A stretch of DNA of 63,075 bases, the filler included, from Rhabdomonas costata (taxonomy: Eukaryota), in NCBI GenBank assembly GCA_019059605.1. It is 50 parts of 50 records of this genome, joined end to end, with 100 filler letters (N's around TTAATTAATTAA, not from the genome) between each part and the next. Parts side by side here need not be neighbours in the genome. Positions count along the whole stretch, not along the records: positions 1 to 1,165 come from JAHMHO010025488.1; positions 1,266 to 2,429 come from JAHMHO010025489.1; positions 2,530 to 3,693 come from JAHMHO010025490.1; positions 3,794 to 4,957 come from JAHMHO010025491.1; positions 5,058 to 6,221 come from JAHMHO010025492.1; positions 6,322 to 7,484 come from JAHMHO010025493.1; positions 7,585 to 8,748 come from JAHMHO010025494.1; positions 8,849 to 10,012 come from JAHMHO010025495.1; 42 more parts are not named here. The stretch is one strand, 5' to 3'. The translations under genes and the position numbers were made by a program. The notes under the pieces are model-generated. The model had not been told where the DNA came from and did not search any database. It saw only the letters and a program-made list of their open reading frames with translations. Within the stretch, counting starts at the first letter, position 1, and the number at the start of each line of letters is the position of its first letter. Below, in pieces: positions 1-11,117 of this stretch.

Positions 1-1165
1 GGGTTTGGGGGAAATGCCATGCTCAGCTCCTGGAGGCCCTCGCCTTTCAGCACCGGATGGGGCGAATGTTGGGGAAAGTCATCGACAATCTCCAGCTCTG
101 CCTTGCGGATCCCTCCCTGCCGCCCTTGCCGTACGTCCGCATTTTTCTTCCTTGCAGTGTTTGTAATGTTTGGCTTCACTGTAGAGAAGAGCATGGATGC
201 CTTTCTGCATCAGCTCAAAACTCCGAAATGTTTTTGTGTCTTCACTAAGTGCCGCGCTGTGTGTCAGAGCTGGGAATGCAGTGGGCATAGGATAGCAGGG
301 ATCGTTGCGACACCATTGCAGTGGTTGAAAGCTCCTTCCCAAGTCAATGATGCTGAAGGATGCTCCAGAAGACTGTCCTTCATTTGGTTTGCACGGGTAA
401 GAAAATTCCTGTGCACATCGCAAGGCATGCTTTCCGGTTGTTGCCCACCCTTTTCCAGGAGAGCTGAGGCTTCGGAGGAGGAGACTGGGCAGCCGCCTCA
501 AGAGCGCCTCCTGATGGCCATTGCCGATCTAAAAAATGTGTGTGTCTGTGCGTGCATGGATTTGTGAGCACCTCTTGCACAGCAGTGACGGAACAGGAAA
601 TCGGAGCGAGAAGCTGGAAGCTGACGGCTGTGTGTCCAAGTTATACATGACCACTTTCATGAAGTTATTTTGGTTTATAATTCTTCCGAATTGAGGCGCA
701 GTGCCCCCTCGCCCTTGTGGTGCCGTCCGCCCCGGTAAGGTTTCGAAAGAACCAGCTTGGGGAGAGCAGGCAACAGAATGTGGAACGCGAATCCTGACGC
801 CATCGGAAGACTTCAGTTGACAGAGGTAAAAGCCTCGGCGAATGCCGCGCGGCTAGGACAAGGGGTGTGACGAGGGGTGTGCTCCTTGGTTGAAGATGAG
901 TTATTCAATATTTGTGAGACAAAAGATGATGTTGGATGTGCAAAAACTGCTGGATAGTAAGTAAGCTGAATACTTACAGCCCATACTGGCTACACACCAC
1001 CCATCCTTCTTGTTGGTGCCTTGTGATTCCATGTGTCCCCCCCCCCCTCTTGTTTTCCCAAGAACAAAATAAGGGGAACAACAAAAGATGGACTCGTAAG
1101 GTGCACAACCTGCGTGAAGACAAAGTAGGCTTGTCCTTGACTAGTTCCATGATATAATAAAATAT

Positions 1166-1265
1166 NNNNNNNNNNNNNNNNNNNNNNNNNNNNNNNNNNN
1201 NNNNNNNNNTTAATTAATTAANNNNNNNNNNNNNNNNNNNNNNNNNNNNNNNNNNNNNNNNNNNN
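1166..1265. other. Artificial contig spacer (44 N + TTAATTAATTAA + 44 N); first of 49 identical spacers
   Basis: The same 100-nt block recurs about every 1,264 nt; TTAATTAATTAA places stops in all six frames. ORFs ending in X-runs or LIN are spacer artefacts. Confidence 0.99.
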
Positions 1266-4200
1266 GTTTTGGGGGAAAACAGATTTCTTTCTCTTGCTAA
1301 TAAATATGTCTCGTACAAAGCAAAAAAGCAATCTGTTTTCTTCCAAATCAATCACGCCGCTTCCTTTGTCATCTTTTTCAAACTCTGCTCTCTAATGCTT
1401 CCGCGTAGCCTTCATATTCTTCACTAGTGACGCACAGGATCCATTTTTGCTCCTGGTCCTGGCTCCGGGGTTTCCGCAATAACACAGGATGATGCCATTA
1501 AGATGAGGTAAGATGAGGATGAGGCTCCGTCGGCACAACCAAATTCACCATTGTTGTCCAATCAAAGCAGCACCTGTTTCATAATTTGAATAGTTCTATG
1601 CCTGACCATTAGATTTAGGATAGTGCGGAGCCGAAGCCATCGGATTCATATTCAGGAATGTAATGCGCTATCGAAAACAGCAACATGAATATATGGGATC
1701 TATCACTAAGAATGCTCTTTGGCAACACATGGTATCTCACAAAATCCCAAAAAATGCGCTTTATCGGGCGCATTTATTGTATGTCGGCATGGAATCAACA
1801 CCTCTCTCTCTCTCGCTCTCTCTCTCAAGAATGTGCGCGAACAGACGTCACGTAGGTGTGGCGAGCGAAGAGCCGTGAAGGATGTAGCGGTCCAGAAGAA
1901 AAAAGAGGCAGTGTGATGAGATGTTGACGCAAAGGATTCAAGCAAGGAAGAGTGCAGCCATAGAAGATGTGAATTCGAGAGTTGATGAGACCAAGAGGCG
2001 ATGAGATCAAGAGGTGTGTAGGCAGCGGAGCATTGGTTGGAGCGAGGTTCAATGGGAGAGTTTTCTCCAAGTTTGTATTCACGAGGTCGGAAGAAATCGA
2101 CGGCTGGCCAGCAAGAAGAAGAAGGCTTTCAAGAACAAGACCGCTGATATGCATCAAGATGAAAAGAAAGCTGGGAATGAAACCCGAATCAGAATCGAAG
2201 CAAAAGGAGTGAGCGCCGAGAGGATGCCATTTTTTTATATCACAGAAGGGTTTGGTTTGACATGGTGTGTTTTGTGGTTGGGGCTTGTTGGTTTTGCCGC
2301 TGCTTCCTGTGAAAGCCAAAGAGAGTTAGTTAGTAGTATTTGGTAGAGGAGAAATGGAATACTCGCAACATCTACTCGCCCCCATTTTACCCCTATTTCC
2401 CTTCGGAGAGCCCGGAGACCACCAACCCCNNNNNNNNNNNNNNNNNNNNNNNNNNNNNNNNNNNNNNNNNNNNTTAATTAATTAANNNNNNNNNNNNNNN
2501 NNNNNNNNNNNNNNNNNNNNNNNNNNNNNGGGTTTTGGGGAATATTTTTTTTGGAAAAGCTTCGAGAAATCCCGAAACCATTGTGAATATAGTCGTATAT
2601 TCTCTTTAATGATCTGGCTCGTAAAACACAGGGAGCGTACACTTACGGGAGGCCATGCACAGACTCTCTGATCTTTTGGTGGTCTTCTGCCATTAGCAGT
2701 TAGCGGTTGGCGGTTCCCGGTTAGCTCGTGACAGCTAACGGTCCAACAACGTTAAACAGGCGAGGGATCCTCATTGAGCTGGTTCTCAGTTGTGTATTTG
2801 CCCCAAAGGTTTCGCTGCCACTGGTGCTACCCCACGGCAGTGGGCTGTACTTCCTGGTGCGCCCGGACTCGATCGCGGCCCACCCCACCACCCTGAATGA
2901 CCTGGGGCGGGCTATTGCGGGGTACGGCGTGCCCGCGGTGCCCGTCCCTGAGATTTCCTTTCAGGACAGGGGCGAGACCTTCTGCGCAGGCTGCCGGATT
3001 GAATTGGTTATCCCCCACCCCCACCACGACACCAGGGAACTCCATTTTGTCATGCATCGGCACGTGGGCACCCAGGGCGATATCCCTCCCTCGTCTCTCG
3101 TCCCGTCGCCTCGTCCCTTGTCCTAGCCCGGGGCGCCACCCCAAAAATTGAAACCTACCCCTTTCGTTCTCCAAAGCCCTGCAAGAGAGATGACTTCGAA
3201 AAAACAGTCAAAATAAAACAACCAACCTCCGAAAAATTTCTCTGTCATGTTGATGTGATGCTGTTTCCATGGATTCTCTTTATGCAGTTTTTGTATAAAA
3301 AATCACGGTCCGGCTGTCAGGGGGTACCCAAGTTGTGAACCAGGTGGCTTCGAAAAAACTGGTGCCATGCTATGTTGACAAGCGTCACGCTAGATCTTGC
3401 CAGGAAAACTTTTCCTGGCTTTGGTATCTCATTTTTCTCTTGAAGGTAACCTTTTCCAATCCAATTTCCTATCTATGTGCATCCTCCCTAGTGTGGAAAA
3501 AAATAGTTTTAAATGACTTTCATGAGCTTTTCAACCACGTTTTACCGGGGGGGTGGGGGTACAAAAATGAAGGGTAAAGGTTTTTAAAAGATTAAAACTT
3601 TCGAGCCAAAAGATTGCAGAAAACGAGTATTCAGGGTCGTTCCGTGTAAAGACGTTGTTCGTAAGGCGTCCTGTCCAAACCCCAAAGATAAATNNNNNNN
3701 NNNNNNNNNNNNNNNNNNNNNNNNNNNNNNNNNNNNNTTAATTAATTAANNNNNNNNNNNNNNNNNNNNNNNNNNNNNNNNNNNNNNNNNNNNGGTGCTG
3801 GCTTTCGCCACTGGAATAGCTCTGTCCCTTTACCTGCAACCTTTTTTCCACCTCGTCTTTTTAATGTGCTCACAAGCGCAGACAAGATTAGCCGAAAAAA
3901 AGGACCAATCAAGGAGAGAGAGGTACGGTTATTTTCTGGCCACAACTCGAAAAAAAAAACTGTTACATCCCATCACACGCCATCACACGAAGACAACCAA
4001 TTTGTGCCTCTGACACTTCAGAAACAGTTGTTGTAATCTCCCTAGCCTACCCTTCTGGGGCTTTGCGTCACGGTGTGGCCAGAATGTGGCAGGACCTCTT
4101 CCTCCAGTACAGGTTTCGGATGACCAGCTTCTTGCGCTCTGGGGTGACATTCAGCTTGGAAACGTAGGTCTCAACCCTTCCCCGCCAGGCCTCCTTTTGG

Positions 4201-5057
4201 GCTCTGAGGGTATCAAGAGAGTGTGGAACGTCCACAGGCTCCCACCCATCATGGCAACTGCCATCGAGCAATGAGATACGGCGATTCATGAACATATATA
4301 TGCTGTCTGGAGCTCCCCTCTGAGGCACAGGAACCAATGTCGTTTTTGATGCATCCACAGGGGAAACGCGGCAGCTTTGCAGGCACGAAGGAACCCCATG
4401 AAAAGCAGAAGAACAACTGGGTCCGAGGGTTTTGGGCCGTTCTTAAAAAGGAAGAAAAAAAATTCAAAATTCAAATTCAGATTTCCGATAAAGGAATGGC
4501 AGAGCAATCGTAACTATGGGGAGACCCTCGAAACAGTCAGCCAAAGAAAACCAATACAAGTCGAATAGCGGGTGAAGCAGGGAACACAAGATTGAGGGCA
4601 GAAGGACAAGGACGGGTGGCTTTCACACACTGGTAGTCGCGGTAGATGCGCATCCTCACCGACTTCCGCTGAATTTCCTCCAGACGATTCCAACGCTCCA
4701 GAACCTGCAAGCCACCAGAGAAAAGGAAGGAGAGGGGGGGAGCAGCGACCCCCGCATGGCGTTCAGAGTGTGAAGCAAAGGAAAACCCAAGCGCACAAAC
4801 TGCAGTTCACCAAAAATGACACACAGTTCCAATAATAAATCCAAGCGATAGCCCCTTTCCCCACTAACAAAGCGCGTCTGGCCAATTTGCGCATAAAAAA
4901 AGTGAGAGCACATTCCGACATCCTAACCAGCGACCTGCCCGAAGCCACCCCCAACCCNNNNNNNNNNNNNNNNNNNNNNNNNNNNNNNNNNNNNNNNNNN
5001 NTTAATTAATTAANNNNNNNNNNNNNNNNNNNNNNNNNNNNNNNNNNNNNNNNNNNN

Positions 5058-5957
5058 GGGGGGGGGTTGTTCTCCCGGAAGCCCCCGTCCCCGGAGGAGA
5101 CCAGCGGGCCGACCAACCCGTTTGCCCGGACCCGCCCTGGGCTGCCCCCGAAGGTGGGCTCCTTCCAGCTCTTTGTGATGGGGTACGACAACGCCTCCAC
5201 TGTACTGTGCTCTGCGGGAATACTGAGCCGCCTGTCGCACTCCGGGAAGGTCACTTTCCTGAGGGAATTCCAAAAGGTTTGTCCCCTCCCCGCGGCGCGC
5301 CTTTTCCGGTGACTGTAGACATATCAGACAATGCCGTCAGCGCCGTGATGTGCATCGTCTTGTGCGCTCTATACACATTGCAGCGACCTGGGGGAACTCC
5401 AGTGACTGAAATACGATAAAGGCATTTTTGCGATTTTTTTTTTTTGGAAATTGGGGTAAAAGAAAGCGAATTTTGGGGGATGCTTTTGCCCTTTGGCCCT
5501 CCCTCCCCCCTGGGTGGGTATTGCCGTTAGTGCCTTTGCCGTCTGAAACACCAGTATTCGAGGATGAGCTCATCCTCGACAGAATCCCCTTCAGTTGTTC
5601 TTGCCCTTTCTCCAGAGTATATGGAGCCACTATGTGATGTAGGTCGACCAAATTTCTTGGCGCAGGCTTCCGGTTAACTTTTAACATCAGCTAGGCCCCT
5701 CGAATTAAAAAGGGTAGAAATGGGGAACATAGCTTCATGCCCCTTTCTTAATGTTGGTGCTGGATTTGGGTTTTGTCCATTTTCTCTTTCACATCCCCCT
5801 TTGGACGAATCTCATATCCCCCCGCCCCCATTGAACGAATGTCATAACCAACCCACCTCCCTCTTAGACGAATGTCACTTTCGGCCGATAAACTGCCCCA
5901 TGCTCGGGCAGAAGCAAGGGGCTGAACAGGGAGAGAGCTGCTTTTTCCATTCCTTCT

Positions 5958-5989
<32 letters not shown>

Positions 5990-6221
5990 TCTTCAGCTGG
6001 TCATCCTCGACTACATCATCCGGAACACGGACCGTGGCTTCGACAACTGGCTGATTCGGTACAAGCGGCGGAGCCGCAGGGCTGCCCCACCGTCTACGGA
6101 AGCCGGGGTCGGCTCCCCAACCTCGGCCTCTCCACCGCCTGCGCTCCCGCGGCCCCAGGACGGAGCCATCCTCACCCGCAACGCTTCGTTGAAGAGTCCC
6201 TCCTCCAGCACCCCCAAAAAC
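5058..6221 (+). CDS. PI4K2: Phosphatidylinositol 4-kinase type II (PI4K2/Lsb6 family), internal fragment; exons <5058-5276 and 5997->6221
   Basis: Spliced translation GLPPKVGSFQLFVMGYDNA...REFQK|LVILDYIIRNTDRGFDNWLIRY matches the hallmark type II PI4K motifs. Phase-0 GT-AG intron 5277-5996 with a (TTC)n pyrimidine tract. Confidence 0.95.
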
Positions 6222-8088
6222 NNNNNNNNNNNNNNNNNNNNNNNNNNNNNNNNNNNNNNNNNNNNTTAATTAATTAANNNNNNNNNNNNNNNNNNNNNNN
6301 NNNNNNNNNNNNNNNNNNNNNCTCCCGTTACTCCGTACAAACACTCCAGACCCATCCCTCCTCATTTCACACAGTCACTTCGCAGCACGGTGAACCCTAC
6401 TCTCATGGATAGCCTGGGCAGGACCCCACCGAATGTCAAGCTTTTTTTATACACAAGGATCGCAATGAGCGAAAATTGGGCAAAACCGCAAAACGAAGCC
6501 GTCTGCGAATCCTATTTTTTAGAATGCCAAAGTAGTCTGGTCAGATCGCTTCAAAGTGCAGGCGTCTCAGTGTTACCTTCACTTTACTCTTTCGTCCCCC
6601 CAACCCAGAACCGCTTCTGCGTGCCACCTGTTGAAAAGGGGCAAGAATTGTCAACCACAATCCAAAGGGCACAGTCTCACCCACTGGGTGAGCCTGGGAC
6701 GGAAACACCGGCGGCAGAGTGGGGGACACCCACTCACGACTTGCTCCCGTTCCCATTCAAAAAAAAAGCACGGCAGTTCGCAGAGCTCTGCTCGTGTGTG
6801 TACGTGTTGCATCAAGGCATCAGTGAGAGGTTCTTGCATTCCGCATCCAAATGACTTCTGGATGAATCCGCATGTGGTCATTTGCCCTGCAGACGCAAGT
6901 CCCGTCGCAGGCAACTTAAAAACCAACCCAGGCAGACCGGGAAGGTTTTGGGACAGGCACACGAAACGAGGGCATCTATCGGTACATCACCGGCACCGAG
7001 CAAAAAATACTACCACCATTCCGCAGCAAGAAAAAAACAGCTTCAAGAAGCCTCTGCAAGACACTTGAAGGAAACAGGCTTGCAAGCATGTCAATGTGGG
7101 GTGGAGAGTGGAGAAAAATTGGAAAACAGGCGCTGGTGGTGGTGGGTAACAGAGGAGGCGTGTGCGTTCCAGAGCGCAACCCCCGCCAAAAGAAACGATG
7201 AGGAGGGGAGAAAAGGCAATGTTGCGCACGAAAGGTAACCCTCCAAGGGCACCACGACAGCAGCGGACCCTTGAGCACCCTCTCGGGACAGTGCGAGATG
7301 AACTATGTATTGGAGGGTCAACTGCAGAAGTATGCCGGTGCCCAGAAGCGAGGGGAGGAAGACAGCGAGAGAATGCTGCAAGGAGAAGCAAGAGGAAGTT
7401 CAACACCGCAAGGGGGAGGTGCCCGAGACAAACCGAGAGATTCGGAATTGTCCCCAGCCGAAGCACTAGCACTACAAACAACCCNNNNNNNNNNNNNNNN
7501 NNNNNNNNNNNNNNNNNNNNNNNNNNNNTTAATTAATTAANNNNNNNNNNNNNNNNNNNNNNNNNNNNNNNNNNNNNNNNNNNNGTGGGTTTTTTTGGAC
7601 GGAGTGATCTTGGAATTCTTTGCGCGATCATCGCACGCCATTTCTTTTGGGATGAAAGGCGTTGGGTGGGAAGCTGCAAAAGATTTGACGGCGTGTCATC
7701 TGCCGTCATTTGCATCTGTACGTCTGGCCACTGTTCCTGGGCGAGTACACAACATTTCTTCGAGTGATCGTTTCCGTATTTGTATTCACATCGCGCATGC
7801 ATTCACTTGCATTTTTACCCATCCTCACGACCGCTCTGGGCTGCGTTGTACACGCCAATTTCGATATTTGGTGCTCGCTTCAGTCTTTGTGGACACGAAA
7901 ATAAAATCCCAGTTGGTGATCTTGTCTGTGGCTGCAGCCCAGTGCCCGTGTGCCAGAAAATAAAGCCCTGCCTGCCAGTGGCGAATAAACCCTCGCAGAA
8001 TGCCCAGTTTGTCTTGCATTGTCAGGACTGATGCAGCTTTGCGTGGCGCGAAGCGCATTTACACGGCACCGCCCTTTTGTGCGCATAG

Positions 8089-8711
8089 GTCCGCGTGGTC
8101 ACCCGAGAGGAGGCCAAGTCGATTGAGCCCAGCGTGGAGTGCACGGGGGCTCTGTGGTGCCCCACCTCTGGAGTTGTGGACACCCATCAGCTGATGCAGC
8201 TTTTCGAGGGTTTGCGGATCACCGTCACCCATTCCCACATCCACACATTTGCATAGGTTGGTTATCCGTATGCGGAAACCTACTTCATCCTCGTTTTCCC
8301 TTTCCACTCGTGAATACTAAGTAGGAGCAAAGAGAGACCTGGGGAGAAGAAGGCTTCCTCCTGTGCAGTGTGTAGCCTTCTGACCCGATTTGCCAAAACC
8401 ATTGAAATGTTTGCCACTCAGGCCGGTTTTTGTTCATGGATGCTCGTCCAACTGGGTCTACGGTACCTCCAGGGCAAATGACGGCGCCTTCCTTATAATA
8501 GTGTGTTGGAACGGAGAGACCGGTGGGTTGTGAGGTGGCTGAATTTGCAGGCATCGCAACCCAGAATGGCACGTCTGTGCTGTACGGCAACAAGGTTGTC
8601 GGTGTGCAGAAGGTCGGAGATGAGTACGTCCTGCAGATCCAGGCGCCCGACAAGTCCGTGTCCACCTTCAACACGAAATTGCTGATCAACTGCGCTGGCC
8701 ACGGCGCCCCG
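8089..8711 (+). CDS. L2HGDH: FAD-dependent oxidoreductase, L-2-hydroxyglutarate dehydrogenase/oxidase family fragment; exons 8089-8209 and 8551-8711
   Basis: Spliced translation EEAKSIEPSVECTGALWCPTSGVVDTHQLMQLFE|GIATQNGTSVLYGNKVVGV...KLLINCAGHGAP. The EP...GAL..P.SG.VD and INCAG motifs are typical of L2HGDH/LhgO. Phase-1 GT-AG intron 8210-8550 keeps the frame. Confidence 0.8.
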
Positions 8712-9064
8712 GTCTGCCTGCCCGCGCGCACACACACCACACACACCCNNNNNNNNNNNNNNNNNNNNNNNNNNNNNNNNNNNNNNNNNNNNTTAATTAA
8801 TTAANNNNNNNNNNNNNNNNNNNNNNNNNNNNNNNNNNNNNNNNNNNNGGGGGTTACCTAGTTTCAAAATAGTAGTCTAAAACAGTGGGACGTTGCGGTG
8901 CGAGGAGGAAGTGGTGGTGGAGTCGCCACAGGAATTCAGCATTGAATTCCTGTGGCGACTCCACCACTTCCTCCTCACACGCAAAGTTTCTTTTGCTTTT
9001 CGCTAAAATACCTTCTTCTGCTTTAAAACCTGTCATCTTTTTTGTCTTTCTCGTGCGCTTGTAG

Positions 9065-9955
9065 GTACCTGAAGTTCCTGGGACTGGGGCGGAATAAGCT
9101 GGGCAACGAGGGCTGCATCGCCATCATGGAGGGCCTCAGGCTGAATCAGACACTGGAATTTCTGGACCTCGAGTGGAATGACATCCGGTATGTGTGCGCG
9201 AACTCTGTTTGAAGTCTTCTGCCGTCATCTCAACCTTCGTCACTTAACGAGACTCCGGGGAATCGCATGTACCGGGGCAACTTATGTCCCGAACAAGACA
9301 CCTGCCGTTCCCCAAGTTTTAAGGGGAAGTTGTTGGTTAGGGTGGGGCCAGAGTTGCCTTCACCTTCACACCGAGCGAGACCAGTATCGTAAACGTCAGT
9401 GTGGATTCAAGCTGATTTGGGTGCAGTATCCGTACCAGTAGCTAAATTTATACCTCAATTCAAAGTGCCTTTGTGGGGGTGACACTGAGGCGGTGTCGTA
9501 CTCTATGCAAACTCTGATGAGGAGTACTACAACTCATTCCAGATGTTTCGAAGAATACTAAAAAAAAGAAAGGTGGGCTAAAGGGGTAGTTATTTCCTAC
9601 CCTGGTCGGAAATCGCAATTGGGTGTGTCGCCTTTGGAAGAATGGAGATGCGACCAGTGGTAACCGCCAGTGGGGCTCCTCGCATTCCATAAGGCCGAGA
9701 TTTCACCGCAGAGGGCGCTTTTCTTCTTTTTGTTTAAGTGGGAATCGCGAATGATTTGTGTCTTTTCTGTTTACATAAGGGATGAAGGCGCGATGGCTAT
9801 CGCTGAAGTGCTGCGGTTCAATAACTCCCTTCAGTCCCTGGTCCTGGAGCGGAACAAGATCAAGAGCCGCGGCATCGTCGCCCTCGCCGAAGCCCTTCGA
9901 GCCAACTCCAAGCTCCGAAACCTCAACCTGGGATACAACAAGGCCATCAACTCAG
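9065..9955 (+). CDS. Leucine-rich repeat protein (RNI-like/NLRC3-type 28-aa repeats); exons 9065-9187 and 9780-9955
   Basis: LKFLGLGRNKLGNEGCIAIMEGLRLNQTLEFLDLEWNDIR|DEGAMAIAEVLRFNNSLQSLVLERNKIKSRGIVALAEALRANSKLRNLNLGYN: LxxLxLxxNxI repeats with a 28-aa period. Phase-2 GT-AG intron keeps the frame. Confidence 0.93.
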
Positions 9956-10170
9956 GTCCCTCATCTTTCAAGAAATCCTGCCTTCTGGAGTACAGGGTGC
10001 TCCCAACCCACANNNNNNNNNNNNNNNNNNNNNNNNNNNNNNNNNNNNNNNNNNNNTTAATTAATTAANNNNNNNNNNNNNNNNNNNNNNNNNNNNNNNN
10101 NNNNNNNNNNNNGGGTGCTTACAGGGCCACGGTACACGGTACACGGGGTGGGGGGGTCCCGGAATAAAAT

Positions 10171-10242
10171 TGGTTCCACCCGGACTTGAACCGGGGTTAT
10201 CAGATTCAGAGTCTGATGTGCTAACCGCTACACTATGGAACC
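10171..10242 (-). tRNA. trnQ-CTG: tRNA-Gln(CTG)
   Basis: Reverse complement GGTTCCA...TCAGA CT CTG AA TCTGA...GGTTCAAGTCC...TGGAACCA folds as a 72-nt cloverleaf; TTTT just downstream on the minus strand. Confidence 0.97.
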
Positions 10243-10268
10243 TGTGCAAAGGCCTGTGCCTTCACAGA

Positions 10269-10340
10269 GTTCCGATGGTGCAGTGGCGGCACGTCAGTCT
10301 AACACACTGAAGGTCCTGGGTTCAAACCCCAGTCGGAACA
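10269..10340 (+). tRNA. trnV-AAC: tRNA-Val(AAC)
   Basis: GTTCCGA/TCGGAAC acceptor stem, anticodon arm TCAGT CT AAC AC ACTGA, T arm GGTTCAAACC; TTTT a few nt downstream. Confidence 0.96.
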
Positions 10341-10486
10341 GAAATTTTCATAATTTGTTAATGGATTGTCAGAAAGCCCAAAATTCACTATAAAAAACCA
10401 CCTGCGCTCATAACGCACAGAAACCTCTGCTAAAAATTTCCCCAGAAGTATTCGTCAGGTCGCTAATGGCAAAGTTTCAAGAGAAA

Positions 10487-10568
10487 CGTCGTCGGCAGGA
10501 TTTGAACCTGCGCAGGCAGTGCCTACTAGATTTCTAGTCTAGCCCCTTAACCACTTGGGTACGACGAC
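10487..10568 (-). tRNA. trnS-AGA: tRNA-Ser(AGA)
   Basis: Reverse complement GTCGTCG...CTAGA CT AGA AA TCTAG, long variable arm, GGTTCAAATCC, CGACGAC-G; 82 nt. Confidence 0.97.
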
Positions 10569-10649
10569 TGCTGGCAGTTTAAAATTGCTGTGCAGTACGA
10601 AAACATAGCTATGGGAGCAAACATTCGACTTCGTGCCAGGTGTGGTATC

Positions 10650-10721
10650 GGCCGCTTGGTCTAGTGGCATGATTCCCGCTTAGGGTGCGGGAGGTCCCGG
10701 GTTCAATTCCCGGAGCGGCCC
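10650..10721 (+). tRNA. trnP-AGG: tRNA-Pro(AGG)
   Basis: GGCCGCT TGGTCTAGTGG...CCCGC TT AGG GT GCGGG...GGTTCAATTCC...AGCGGCC-C; TTTTT Pol III terminator just downstream. Confidence 0.97.
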
Positions 10722-10801
10722 AACTTTTTCGGTTCCAGTTTAATGTTTAATGTAGTTTAATTTAATAGGAGTGTGGTTTAACATTGCATAACGCTTTAGT
10801 A

Positions 10802-10876
10802 GCCACCCTGGCTCAGTTGGTACGAGCGCCAAAACTTTTAATCTGGTGGTCGCGGGTTCGATCCCTGCGGGTGGCG
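10802..10876 (+). tRNA. trnK-TTT: tRNA-Lys(TTT)-like gene with an irregular anticodon stem (possible pseudogene)
   Basis: Acceptor GCCACCC/GGGTGGC, D stem GCTC/GAGC and T arm are intact; loop CTTTTAA. The 5' anticodon strand is CCAAAA against TCTGG (extra A plus a mismatch), and no T4 terminator follows. Confidence 0.75.
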
Positions 10877-10920
10877 GAATATTGCTGCTTGTCGGTTGAT
10901 AGGAGCACCCACCCTAACCC

Positions 10921-11117
10921 TAATACTTAGCACAGTCCCATGCGGGGCACTGCCCCACGAGGAGGGCTTCAGGGCCCAGCACCAGTTGGACCTCACCCGC
11001 GCTGCGGGTCGCCACGGTCCGACCCCCCCCCCCCACCTTCCGAGTGACCACGGTCGAGGCGGGGATGGAATCGCCCACGCTGAGCACGGGGACGGCTGCG
11101 TTGCCCTTCACGAAGCC
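10921..11117 (-). CDS. Probable terminal exon of an unidentified protein, convergent with the tRNA cluster
   Basis: Pyrimidine tract + cag acceptor, then GC-rich open frame GFVKGNAAVPVLSVGDSIPAST...QCPAWDCAKY ending in TAG. No family recognised. Confidence 0.45.

Noticed and set aside
19-567. Long ORFs in the supplied track (e.g. 19-567, 29368-30174, 36967-37773) as complete genes
   Set aside because: Genes here are intron-split; these ORFs run through introns or lie antisense to real exons.
5952-5994. Poly-Phe coding run
   Set aside because: It is a (TTC)n microsatellite forming the pyrimidine tract of the PI4K intron.
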